The translations under genes were made by a program, and so were the position numbers. The notes beneath the pieces were generated by a model. That model searched no databases. It was given only the letters and a program-made list of their open reading frames with translations, and was not told the DNA's origin. DNA of 64,000 nt from Hyphochytrium catenoides. Lineage: Eukaryota; Protista; Hyphochytriomycota. Below, piece by piece: positions 28,330 to 40,275 of this stretch (its first letter is position 1; every line of letters begins with the position of its first letter). The stretch spans positions 124,001 through 188,000 of the forward strand of contig FLMG01003947.1 in assembly GCA_900088475.1 (NCBI GenBank), read 5' to 3'.

Positions 28330-31300
28330 TCATGAGAAGGAGTTGACCTTGCCACTCACCTACAACCATAATCGAAACGTCAGATCATTGGACAAAAAGA
28401 GACTGAGAAGAAGTAGATTAATCAGGGAAAAACGAGGAAGATAGAGCTGAGGTGAAAACAGATCAGGAGGAAAGAGAAGAGAAGAAAGACCGACAGGAGT
28501 GGTATAGCATGCGACGGACCATCAGCAGGGGAGAGTCTTGAGCTTGCTTCTTAAGGAGCTCTGCCCTCTTTGCTGAGGGTGACGAGTTCTCAAAGACTTT
28601 CTGCAACGGCGAGGTAGAGGCTTTCTTCCCAGGACTGGCGCTACCACTCTTTCCCTTCCCTCGGCCTTGCATTGGAGGGGAGGACGGAGAAAAAGAGGAT
28701 GGCGACTGCGGTCTCTTGGTGAAAAGTGGACCTTCGAGAAGATGTCCTGCCTGGTAAGGTTTATTGGGCGATGTGCCAGTCCTGCAGAAGAGAAGAACCG
28801 AGTGCTTAGCAAATTTCAAGTGGAAATGATGGCGTGGCTGTCTAAGAAAGAACAGTATGGAGCAAAAACGTTAGATGATAAAAAGAGGAACGCACTAGAG
28901 TCCGTGGAAGAGGAGGAGAGAGTTTGAGGAGCCTTTCCTATGATGATAGAGGAAAAGGATCGTCTATAGCGTACTGAGAGAAGTAACATCGACGTGGGAA
29001 GCGACAGGATGAGATATGGAAGGGGCACTATGACGAACAGAGGACAAAGCAACCGGCCACAGAGACAGAGAAACAGGGGCAGCGACTAGAAAGAAGAACA
29101 GAGCAGTAGAAGAGGAAAGTAGCGACAGACAACCAAAGAAGAGAGGCACATACACACCCGAACATGCAGGGGAATAGGCGAAAAGAAGGACACCAAACGC
29201 TCAAGTGAGAGAAGAGAGGAAAGAACAAGAGGCGTACGTAGATTACGTACTTCCGTCTGGGCTCTTTCAGCAACGATCGTTCTAGAGACTCCAAGGCTTG
29301 AAGGTCTTCCATGGTAAACTTATGACCTCTGTCAGCGGAGTATGAGGCTGGGTCTTTAGGCTGAAAGGTCTTCAAGTCCGTCAGCTGAGCCACAGAGAAA
29401 GAAGAAAGAGAGTCCGGAGGGAGGAGCTGGGCGAAAGGGACCACGCTTGCAGGGTCAGGGTAGGCTGATGACGCCGAAGGCAGAGAGGTCACAGTGATTG
29501 GCGGCAATGGTGCACCCTTCCGCCCTAATCTCCCTCCTCCTAGACCTTCTCGCTCTCTATCATCCTCTTCTCTCACAGCTAGAGCTTCTCTGATCTTTGT
29601 GGCCACCTCACTGAGCTTGCTCTCTTGAAAGAACTGTCTTAGCGCGGCCGATGAGACTGGGTTAGCACTATTTGGCGTCATCGTGTGAGCCCTTCTGTAC
29701 GTCCCGATGTGCGCACTTTTGGGACTGGAAGATTGTGGAAAAGGGATGTGAGCAAGGCAGCATTGAGATTTAGAGCAGGCCGAAGGAAAACAAAGAGTAT
29801 CAAGAGAGTTAGAAGAGGTAGAGAGAGAGGAGCAGCTCGACGGAGAATGGAGACCCCACAGTGCCTGAGAAACCCCAAAAGGCAGGAGGACCTTGGAAGG
29901 AAGCAACCACAAGTAGCGAGAAGAACGTAAACTTGACAAAAGGTCGCACCGGTTGGTGACAGCGCCTGGGTCGTCTGAGATATGCATTCTAATGTCTTCT
30001 CGATCCGCGAGCCGCTCTAACTCCTCTAGGTTAAAGCTGAGACAGGGCAGGTAGACATGCACATGGCAGGCGAAAGTTCTGATGAGACAGAGGCTATTGA
30101 GAAGCCCAGGCGATAGCCCTCGAGCGTATGGAGTGAAAAGAACCATCTCACTGCCAGAGGCAGCCCTATAGTTGTTACTTTCTCCCTACCTGGGCGTGAC
30201 CTTGATGCCTTCAAAGAGGAAAGCTGGAGTCTGTCTCTCCTCTGGGTCCTTTTGATTGGTGGCGGTCTTTCGTCTCCGACTTCCGTCCCAAAGGAATTCC
30301 CCACCATCATCTTTCTCCTCTCCGCCCTCTGCTTTCATAAAGAGAAGTTCCTGGGCAGCCTTCACCACTTCCTCTATATATCCTACCCTCTCCTGGCCTC
30401 TCAGAAGACGGGCCTGGCACCATTCAACTAATATCTTATGGGTGTTTGTCCCCTTTGCAGCCACAGCAAACTGCTTGAGATCTGAGGCAGACAGCATGAA
30501 TGTCTCCACCTCCTGAGACGCAGCGATCACTGAATATTCAAGAGGAAGTCCTGCAAAGGTGGCGCGCGAGGTAATGAATTTGAATGGTGAAGGGTAAGAG
30601 TCAGTCAAACCGTAGTTGCTCTGTCTAGTTGCATTTCCCTTCTTTCTCGCTAGCACCATCTTAACTCATGGAACTTTCTCACTGTTTCGTGCCTGTACCT
30701 TCGACTTTATGTGGGTGTATAACTCTCCCTCTTCCTCTCTCCTCTCTCTCCATCACCCGTTTGGTCAGCTCCCTGCATCAAGCAAATACCTGATTGTGCC
30801 AAGATCTCAGACCCCACGACGTCCCCAGCGCATAAGATGATAATGTCCACCGTCCTTGTGGCTTTAGCTCTGCCATCCGTGGTCAAGGCTAAAGAGAGGA
30901 TTAGAACCATACACTAGGGATCCCCGATGTGACGCGCTGTTCTTGCCCTCTCTGTTCGAACCGCTTCCGTCTCTCCACTGTCTCTCTCTAGCAGTGTCTC
31001 CCTTTTGACTGCTTCCTTCCCTCTTCCTCTCTCTCTCTCTTCCCTCTCTCTTCCCTCTCCGCTCGTTCTGATGGCTTTGCCCTTCCGCGTCCAGTTATTC
31101 ATGGACAACCTTCAATATATGGCGTTAGTTTGCGTGACTTACCGCTCATATTCTCCGTAATGCCGTCCTCTTGTTCGCTTCCATCCAAGTTCTCTTCCTC
31201 CTCATCCACCACCGTCGTAACCACTCGCACGTCTCCCTTCTTAATGAAGAATATGCTAGGCGCGGAGTCTCCCTGCTCCAATATTTTCTCTCCGAAAAAG

Positions 31301-32212
31301 AACTTCTTCTTGGTAAGCACTCTGGCTAGCGTAATGAAGCGATGATGCGCCCATCCTTTGAAAAAACGGCACTTGGAGAGAAAGAGTACCTTCTCACCTG
31401 GAAGCAAAACGCGTCGTAGGAGAGGGGAGAGTCTATTGAGCCAAAGGACAGAAGAGTGAAGAACAAGGGGCGGATGGAGTCGTTGAAGAGTAGACATAAT
31501 AGAAAGGAATGGAGAGAGAGAGATAAATAATAGCCCACTAGTTTGTCTAATGGCAAAAGGCCAGCAAGAGAAGAAGAGGATTTCCTAGAGGAGTGGACAG
31601 AAGGAGCAAAATCTGACTTTGCTCCATAGCTTCCACATGATACGGAGCGAAGCTCCTGCTATACAGAAGCTTAGGGACAGCGATCATTTCAACATTCCCG
31701 TCTGCCACGGCCGAGGCAGTTCTTCGGATTCCATCTTCAAAGAGAGCCACCTCACCGAACCCAGAGCCACAGGGAACAGTAGCCACGCGAACGCCTATGA
31801 GGAGCGCAACCTTAGTTCACATAGGTACAGAGAAAGAGAAAGAAGGTAGATTGTAGCGCAGGAGTGACGAGGATATAGGGCTAGGCTTAGTAGTTAGAGT
31901 TGGATAAGAAAGCCCTCTTCTCTTACCAAGGAAGTCTCCCTTGAGATCGTGCCTCTTTACCGCGCCTTCTCTGTCCTCCTTCAGCTCTACCAGCGCTGGA
32001 GCCGCGGCTCCAGCAAAGATAGCAACAGTACCTGTGGTTGACGTAAGGCTTTTCCTTTCATCTCCCCTATAGTTGTCTACCCATGAGAGCTGACTAATGT
32101 GCATCCCACTCTTCCATTTGACCTGCGAGTATTACTCATTGCCCGTCGATCTCTTGCTTTCTCTTGATTCTTTCTCTGTCTCTGTCTCTGTCTCTGTCTG
32201 TTTCTCTCTCTT

Positions 32213-32278
<66 letters not shown>

Positions 32279-33192
32279 GCTTTCTCTCTTTCCCTTGCTC
32301 TCTTACCGGAGAAGATGATATAATAGTGAGTTCCAAAGTCTCCTTGAAGAAAGATGAGGTCCCCGTCATTGTAGGTGGTAAACTCCATGTTGGTTAGCAC
32401 GTCCACCACCGCCGCCCTATCAATGTGCTTGAAGGTCTTCCCCTGCACCTCCAGCGCCCACTCCGTCAGCCGCTCTAACATTGCAGGCGTCCTCTCTCCA
32501 GGCTTGGAATGAGTCATTATATCCCTAACGGGTGAGGATGCAGAGAGGAAGAAGATGTTACCAAGGTTGCGGTGAGAAGAACGGGATGCACATGCATAGA
32601 GACACAGGAAGGTCGGAAAGAGGGAATTGGTGTCCCAGGATAGAAGAAAGTCGGAGGAAAGGAGACCAGAGAAGTAGGATAAGGGAGATCAGTCGAAGAC
32701 ATAGCCGACAGGAGAGAGAGAGCGGCTTTGAAGTTAGGCCTTGGTGATAAGAAAGGCGAGAACGAGCAGCAAAGAATGCCAGGAGAATGAAAGTCAGGGT
32801 TACTGATCAAAGCGAAAGCGATGGCTTGGGCTTCAGGGATGACGACAATATGAAGGATGTAGGAGAGAGGTACTAAGGGCCACGGACGGCATGGGCTGAG
32901 GAGGAGTGGATCGAGAAGACGAAGTGATGAGAAGTGCTAAGCACCTTGCTCTTTGTATAATAGTCTCAATCCGTTTCTTCTCGGCCATGACTCTCATTTC
33001 CTCCACCACTTCCAGCCACATCTGGAAGGCTGCTCTTTGCCGATGCCGCTGCCATTTTTTAAGGATGTGATTCTCCAGCAAACTCTTCTCTGACACAGTG
33101 AAAGAGCGCTCAGGCCCATCTGCCGGGTTCCCGGCGCGGGAGGATGATGGGCCATCCCCACTCCCAGCGGCAGCCTTGATGATAGACTCCAT
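28330..33192 (-). CDS. Cyclic-nucleotide-binding domain protein (two CNB-like domains, low-complexity tail)
   Basis: First domain: YNDGDLIFLQGDFGTHYYIIFSG..GSGFGEVALFEDGIRRTASAVA. Second domain: FFGEKILEQGDSAPSIFFIKKGDVRV..LCAGDVVG. Multi-exon. The 3' end is uncertain and could extend to about 27870. Confidence 0.85.
32165..32300. repeat. Compound (CT)n/(TCTG)n microsatellite in an intron of the CNB gene
   Basis: Directly visible. Confidence 0.9.
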
Positions 33193-33819
33193 TCTAAGCG
33201 TGCGCTGAGATGTACTTTCCTTTCCAGGCTTAGTCAGAAGCTTAGCGCTTATCTTTGATTCTGACCTTCACCTTTCATCGCAGACGTACGCAGCCAGCGC
33301 CCGTCGCTAGGTGTATGGGACAAAGCAGTCCGTATCAAGGGAATTGCTCTGATGCACCGCTAGCTTTTGCTCTTCGAGGCTCCAGGAAACGCCAGCTTAT
33401 GTATCCGTTGTTCAGCTTGAAAAGATGACGCTTTGCGCGTGTAAACAATTTACCCTTGGTCCATTATTATCATCCCTCTCCCCATTCGCTTCGCTCAAGG
33501 TATATACTTCGTCCACGGTGAAGCTGTAGGTCTCTCGTTAGGGACCTTCACCGCCGTCAACCGCTATGTTCGCTCTCTTTGTCGCTCTCTTTCTCTCACC
33601 GCCTATTGCCTTCTCTTGTTGGCTCTCGTTGAGCTTCCTTCTTCTCCTTCTTTCTCTGGTGTGGTCTCTTTCTTTCTCTCCTCCTCTCTCTCTCTCTTTC
33701 CTCTTTCTGTCCCTCTCTCTCCTACAAGCACTATAAGCTCCTTCTTCACTCGCGCCTCTCTCTTTCTCTTCCTCCTAACGTGGTCATGCCCCTGATGGTT
33801 GATGATAAGACGAAAGGGA

Positions 33820-33824
<5 letters not shown>

Positions 33825-33876
<52 letters not shown>
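33825..33876. repeat. Perfect (GA)n microsatellite, about 26 units
   Basis: Directly visible. Confidence 0.95.
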
Positions 33877-33879
<3 letters not shown>

Positions 33880-34774
33880 CTTTCTTCACTTGCTCCACCT
33901 TTCTGACCACTCCCATCATCCCATCATAGTAATAATCCATGATACTCACTCTTTATACCTGGTATAGTGGCACATAGTAATGCTGCTGAGGTGTTCTATA
34001 CGGTATCTTGAATACGAAGATAAAAGTCGTAGCTATTGGAAACATGTCCATTTCGATTCCATATGCCTTGATGGGCGTTACATGTTGGTGCTGTGGAGGC
34101 TGAAGGTGCAATGCGGTGGGGCCGCAGCGCCTTCCTCCCCCGCCTCACTCCTGCGCCTCTTGCTGCCACAGCCGCTGCTGTCATTGGTGTCCTGTCAGTG
34201 CCTGGTTTATCTTCTCTTCAGTGAGCGAGCTTGACGAAGTAGCAAGCGGAAAGCACACTGACTGGCAACTCCTGCTGCTGATGCACCAGTAAAGCCTGTC
34301 ATCGCTCTCCTTCAATCCCACCTGAAGTGCTTCCCCTCGTCCATGTTGTTCCTCCATTGGTTGGTCTTTCTGTTATCTCTCTTTCATTCCTTGGGCTCGC
34401 ATGTGCCGTTCTCATTACGTGCCTTCGACAACTCCCTCTAGTACTTGTGATGATAGTGTGTCCATCATAACAGAGTGGACGGGAGGAGGAGACTCTTCCA
34501 TGGTCTCACTAACTCAGCCATCAAATTGGCAAACTCTGTCTAGGCGTCAAAAGTAAGGAGCCCGCCCAGCACGCGTTATTGTTTACACTACTAGCTAAGG
34601 GGGTGTCCCGTTCCCTTCTTCGTCGGGGTTATCATCATCCTTTTGATCGAACCCTAACCTCTTCGATAAAACAGTATTGAGTGTCTCAAGAAAAAAGGTG
34701 GTCTCCAGAGCTATCATGTGTCAAGTCCTTTGTGGTATATAAAAAATCTTAGCGGACTACAACGCTTGATAAAT

Positions 34775-35981
34775 CTATTGAGCCTTAGGTTTAGCTACGT
34801 CCTGGGTACGGCGGCGTCTGAAAAGGCTCATCACCGAGAAGCCGTGGTCTCCGAGCTTAGCGTAGTCGTTAGGCACTTGCTTCTTTTCACGATATTTCCT
34901 CTCCATCATTTCAAACAGTGTGCCATCGTAGCAGCTGCGTACAGCTTCTTTAGTCACAAGACCGCGGTCATCAGCAGCCAAGAGCCAGAGTGTGAACCAC
35001 TCAAACTTGCCAGCGAGCCTGTGAGTACGGGGGCAACCAGGAAAGGAGGGCATATGTGAGAAGCATTGAACAAAAATAGCCAAGAACTTCTGGTGGGATG
35101 TATAGGAGCGTACCAGCCAAAAATGTCCATTACGTCCCACGTTGCCTGAGTCATGCGCCAGAGGTCTCCAGCACTCAGTCCTCCCTTGTTACCGCAATCC
35201 CACTTAGCAAACAGGTCCTCGTACTTCTGAGGGATAAATCGTCCCTCCTGGTCGTACACTTCTTGGTCGGAACCATGCTTGGCGCGGTGGATGTTCTTCG
35301 TGTAGATCCTCATAAAGGGATCAGGGATGTAGTGCGGGCATGTGAAGAAAGAAAAGCCACCGTGGATAAAGAGCATGGCAAGCACGCAGAAGAACCAGTT
35401 GAAGCCAATTCGCCGGAAACCTGTCGAATCCAAAAGCATCATCAGCACATTCTGCCACTTTTGATGATTGAGAAATGGAGGTGAAGAGCGTTGCTGATTG
35501 CCAACGGAGTGTGGAAACAACAAGGACAAGAAAGGGATGAGAGAGGTGAGATCAGCACCGTAAGAAAGAAAGAGATGAGAGAGGTGAGATCGGCACCGTA
35601 CCGATAAAGGTGTCAGGCATGGTAATAATCCCATCACCGTTCCTGTCAAAGAAGTCCACATGCTTTTGCATCACGCTGCGGTTGGCATTCTTCTTGCCAG
35701 AAATATCTGAGCCATGAGGATGGTCGATGGTAACCGCCTCAGTCGCTCTGCCCACTCCTAAAAAGAACCAGAGCAGAAACGGTGGTGAGGAGTTGAGATA
35801 AGGCCTTGACCTAAGTCGACAGTGGAGAATGGGGTTTACCAGGCTCCGGAATGCCTTTGTCTTCAAGGTGACGAGCTGGAGGACGGTACTTGGTAACATC
35901 TACGTCCTCACATTGCGTTTGCACATCATCATTGCCCGGTTGACGGTGGTGGAGCTTGATTCTCTGCATATCTTGCTGCAT
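34775..35981 (-). CDS. Caleosin / peroxygenase family protein, 4 exons
   Basis: SVMQKHVDFFDRNGDGIITMPDTFIG/FRRIGF (heme His plus EF-hand), a hydrophobic stretch with the proline knot CPHYIPDPF, IHRAKHGSD..YDQEGRFIPQKYEDLFAK, GW/..FEW, and VRSCYDGTLF. Confidence 0.95.
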
Positions 35982-37739
35982 CTTTTGGGGTCTTCTTATC
36001 AAAACTGGCTGCCACTATTACTGCTATTTATGAATGAGATTGTAACGTTGATGGCGTAGGGTAACTTTGTTTATGGCAGCCCGCTGAGTCTGGCCGACTG
36101 TGAGGGTGGTAGATCTAAGGACCTGCTACAAAGATCCTTGCCCGTCTGTTATTCACAGTGGGAACTAGTAATAGCAGCAAATTTTTTTCACGGAAGGCAA
36201 CTCCCTAGCTTCATAGAACTAGTAAGGTGTGTGGCTGCTTGGCCGGAAGCCTTCTTTTCTCCAATTCTTCATCATGACGCAGCACCTGCGGAAAGAGAAC
36301 AGTCGCGGCCTCTAGGGTTCTTTGTCCAGCAGCTAGATCCTTCCACCTCCATCATTGGGGAATAGAAAGAAAGAAGACTAGGAGCTAGTAAATCTAGACA
36401 CCTGCATGGTAAGCACTATAGTCAACACTAGGTCAGAAAGCCTCCGCAGGTAGGACTCTGGACTTCCACATCACTGTTCTGCATGGTAGTAGCGGGCGGG
36501 GCTTTGCATGAGACGACAAGCGAACAGACAGGTACGGACTGACTACCTATCAACCCCGTAAACGCTAGGGCGTGAGAGCCAAGGAGCCAAGAGGCTCTCC
36601 ACGAAGTAAGCCAGCTGCACAAAGGCTCATTATTAGGAAGAGAGAAAGATACCAGCGCAGATTGAGAGGAGGAAGAAGTATTGGACGCTGTGTCTCTTAT
36701 AACAAGAAGAAGAAGACAGGAAGAAAGGAGGATCGATGATGAGAACAGCGAGCGACAGTGAAAGAAGTGGAGCTGAGCTTTTGACTCTTCATTCTTTCAT
36801 TGTTTCAGAGTGTGAAAAGCTCAATATTTCTCAGCTATCTGCTGTTACCTTCTGTCAATGTGAAAGATACCTCTAGCAGAAACCTTCATCTGCTTCAGGA
36901 GGAGGTCTGAGGGTGGAGAACACTTGATGCTTTTGTACGGCCACTGCCACGGAGTGCGAGGCGCAGGGCGACAAGGAGAAGCAGCAATGTTTGCTTTGTC
37001 TTTCTTCTGCTGCTGCTGGTCGGCATGCTTGTCCCGTGAACATTTTGTTGCTGCTTCGTTCACGGCTTCTTAGCTTCCGTAGTTCCTCGTGGTCGTTCGT
37101 CTTCTCGTCCACAAGTGACTGACATCGGCCTTGCAAGAAGTGCCGGGGAGAAAGTAAAGATGATTTATAAGGCTTCAATGTCTGCGTGGCGCGTCTTTCT
37201 TCCACCCCGTTTGTCCTTATTATGTCTTATGTCTCCGTCAAGGGTGCATCGTCAGAACAACCTAGAGAAGCGAAGAGGTATCACACGATCACACGATTAT
37301 AGAATAGATAGCGTCTTTATGAATGAAGGAGACGAGCGTGATGTGCCTTCTTCTTGCGGGCTAAAGGCTTCTGTGTTCTTTTCATCAGCTCTCTTTATAG
37401 ACTTTCTGGGTTTTTCGCTCTTCTAACTGAAGCCAAAGAAAACCTTGAACTAGGCTTCCGTGCAGGAGGCGCAAGAGGTAGAGTCCAGCGGAAAGCATCA
37501 AGAAAACCGTAAGACGACAGAATGCCGCAACAACTACTACCGCCAGAACCCTAATTTTATGGCCTTCGCCCTAGAGGAGCATTATTATCGTCAGGAGGAA
37601 CCGTCTATATTGCTGACCTCTCTTCCCAGCCTTTGCTTTCCTACCAGGTGAGGCCTTCAGCCTGGATGGGGATTCTTTCCTGGATAGAGCTTCCATGGGT
37701 GTAAGGCCTTGCGTGGTTAGGAGACCAGCCTTGAAGAAG

Positions 37740-39000
37740 ACGAGGACTATTATTTGAATTCCAAATGGTGCTCAACAACTTTCTCTCTCAACCTTGGTCA
37801 TAATCCCAATGCATCAAAGCTTCATTGAGTCAGTCACTAACCGATGACCACTCTTCTCAGTTGTGCCAATGATGGAAAATGAGGAGAGGGATTATTACAG
37901 AGTAATTCTTAATAGTTCTATGGCTTACAGGCACAAGAAGGGAAAGAACGAAGAGTGGAGTCTCTATCAAATCAACGTTATTGACTATGGGCTCTATTGA
38001 TTATTAGAATAGGAACAACTGAGGGCATGACACGGCTCCTGATGGCAAAGGCTTCTATCACTATACACCTGGCTAAGTGCCCCAAAGAGCTCTTGACTCG
38101 AAACTGAAGAAGTAATATCTTCAGCTGATGTCTGAAGGAGGACAGCACGACGACACGGGATCAGACCTCACTAATGAGCGAGCTACATCTTTGGGAAGAT
38201 GGTGATGGGACAGAAACCTGACATTCACTCTTAAGGCACCAGAGACATACTGTGCTCAAAAGGACACGCACTGATGGCGCATGTTGACCCCCCTTCCCCT
38301 TATAATTCAGTCATGGTTCTTAGTGTGAGAGGGAAGAGAAACATCTTTACATCATTGCTCTTTGTGCCTTTTAAATTCTTGCACCTCTGGGAGGGAAGCG
38401 GTCAAGCCCAGACTTAAGGAAGTTATACTCTGGAACGCAGTCATCACGAGAATCAGTCCAACGGACAGAGCTCCATGATAAATCTTAGACCGTGTATCCG
38501 ATGGCTGTTGTCCTTGTTGACAGGCAGTGTGAAAGGAGCTTTCCTGGCCCCAGGATCAGGTCCCAAGGGAATGTGACGTGATAAACTTCATTATCTCTTC
38601 AAGCCCGGGAGTAACGACCAGCTGAATGAGTATCCTCAGATCCTTNNNNNNNNNNNNNNNNNNNNNNNNNNAAAATCGCTGACCCAGAGCTGTTACACTT
38701 TGCTTGTCCGTAACATCTTGTCGACCGTGTCAACAAAAGCCCACATCGGCCAAGCTACGCAGCGAGAGCGGAGAAGTTGATGGCATGGCAACGGCAGACG
38801 TTGCGCTGAAGCTGTAGCTCATTGCCTCATTTCCAGGGGGTTATTACGCCGGATATATACTCCGCCCTTTTCTCGCAGCTGTTCCCGTGACTGAGACTGT
38901 GGAGTCAGCCTGACCAGACAGAGTGCTAGACTCTTGAGATTGAAGAGCTCCTCAGCGGAGGTTACACTGCAGAGTATCAGGAAAGTTGCTCGATAGTTCT
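37740..39000 (+). mobile_element. Heavily decayed Ty3/gypsy pol relic (protease to RT)
   Basis: Broken-frame fragments in gypsy order: protease-like ..GA..NNFLS (~37760), KK..W...IDY (~37935-37990), PF.L.NS (~38290), LYI (~38345) and GYYAGYILRPFLAAVPVTE (~38840, compare GYYRRFI..F..A.PLT). No intact ORF. Spans the gap at 38646-38671. Confidence 0.4.
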
Positions 39001-40275
39001 TGATGCTCTATCTTCTCTATAAAACCTCCCCGGTGCACAAGCATCATACATCGGCTGGTCTATAAGGCTTGCTAGAGAAGTCAAGACCACCCTGGCATCC
39101 TTCCTCCCTCTTCCAACTACTAGCTTAGTATAACTGATCGACCAGCACGATGAGGTCTGAACTTTCAGGCGGGAGTTACACGCTTTGCCATATCTTTGAC
39201 TCTTCCGCCATCACTTCTCACACCAAAGTCTCTGTCCTTTATGGGGTTGGTTACCTTGTGGCTTTCCGTTGCTAGAGAAGAGGAAAACTGTCCGTTTCAA
39301 TGTGAATTAACGTCAATAATATTTGCAAAAAAACTGTGAAAAAAGGCGCTCTAGGAATTTTCAATCGTATTTATTGCCTAAGGGTTCTGACAAGATTGAC
39401 CATTATTGACAAAGTGGTAAAAGTAACGGATGTGAGTCCATTTCTCGCATGACCAGTCTTTGATCTTTAACCCTGACAACTGGCTTTCTTCGCCTTGCCA
39501 GTCAAGCCTCAGGGCCGCAGGAGGCTCCGTTACACGCCTAATGATCATCTAATAAGGAAATATCCAGCTGAGGCTGGCCTTTTTAGCTCATAGGTTATGC
39601 CAGAGAGGCCACTCTTCTCCCTTCCCAACCACCAGGTTGTCCCGTGGCTCCTTATAGTGCCTCTGCTAATGAGAGTGCATGATGACCTATTGATGTCCCT
39701 CGTTCTTGTCCTCCTGGGCCCATGCCACGGAACATCAAACAAGTAAGAAACAAACTCCCTCCTCGTCCGTTGTCTCAGCCTTGTGATGTTGCCTTTTGTT
39801 TGGCGTTTGATTGTGCTAAGGTTTCTTTAAAGGTGTATAGCCCTTTATACAATGTCTCCCCATAGTTACGGACAATGGTGCACTTATCTTGAGGCTGGAG
39901 TAGCAACGATGATGGTTCTCTCCGTTCGAACCGTCATCTGGTTCTCACCAAGCACTACTCCTGGCTACGAGTTAGCTTTCTATCCACCTCTCTACCAAGA
40001 GTGATGTAGGCTTTCAAGAACTGCCGTTGAGCTACTAGCTTGGCAGGCTCTTCTGTAGCCTCTGAGCGCTCACTGCTAAATGACGGTTCGCATTCCTTGA
40101 GGTTTGCCTAGGCTGCAGCTTTTTCATTCTCTGTCTGAGGACCTTCTCACATCTAAATTTTCTGCCTGCGCCACACAAGCCCACACTGGAGCTGCTTCAC
40201 CTTCAGCACCAACCCAGTCCAGTCTAAACCATCCTCAGTTGACCAGGACTGTGCCACCACCTTCGACACACAGCC

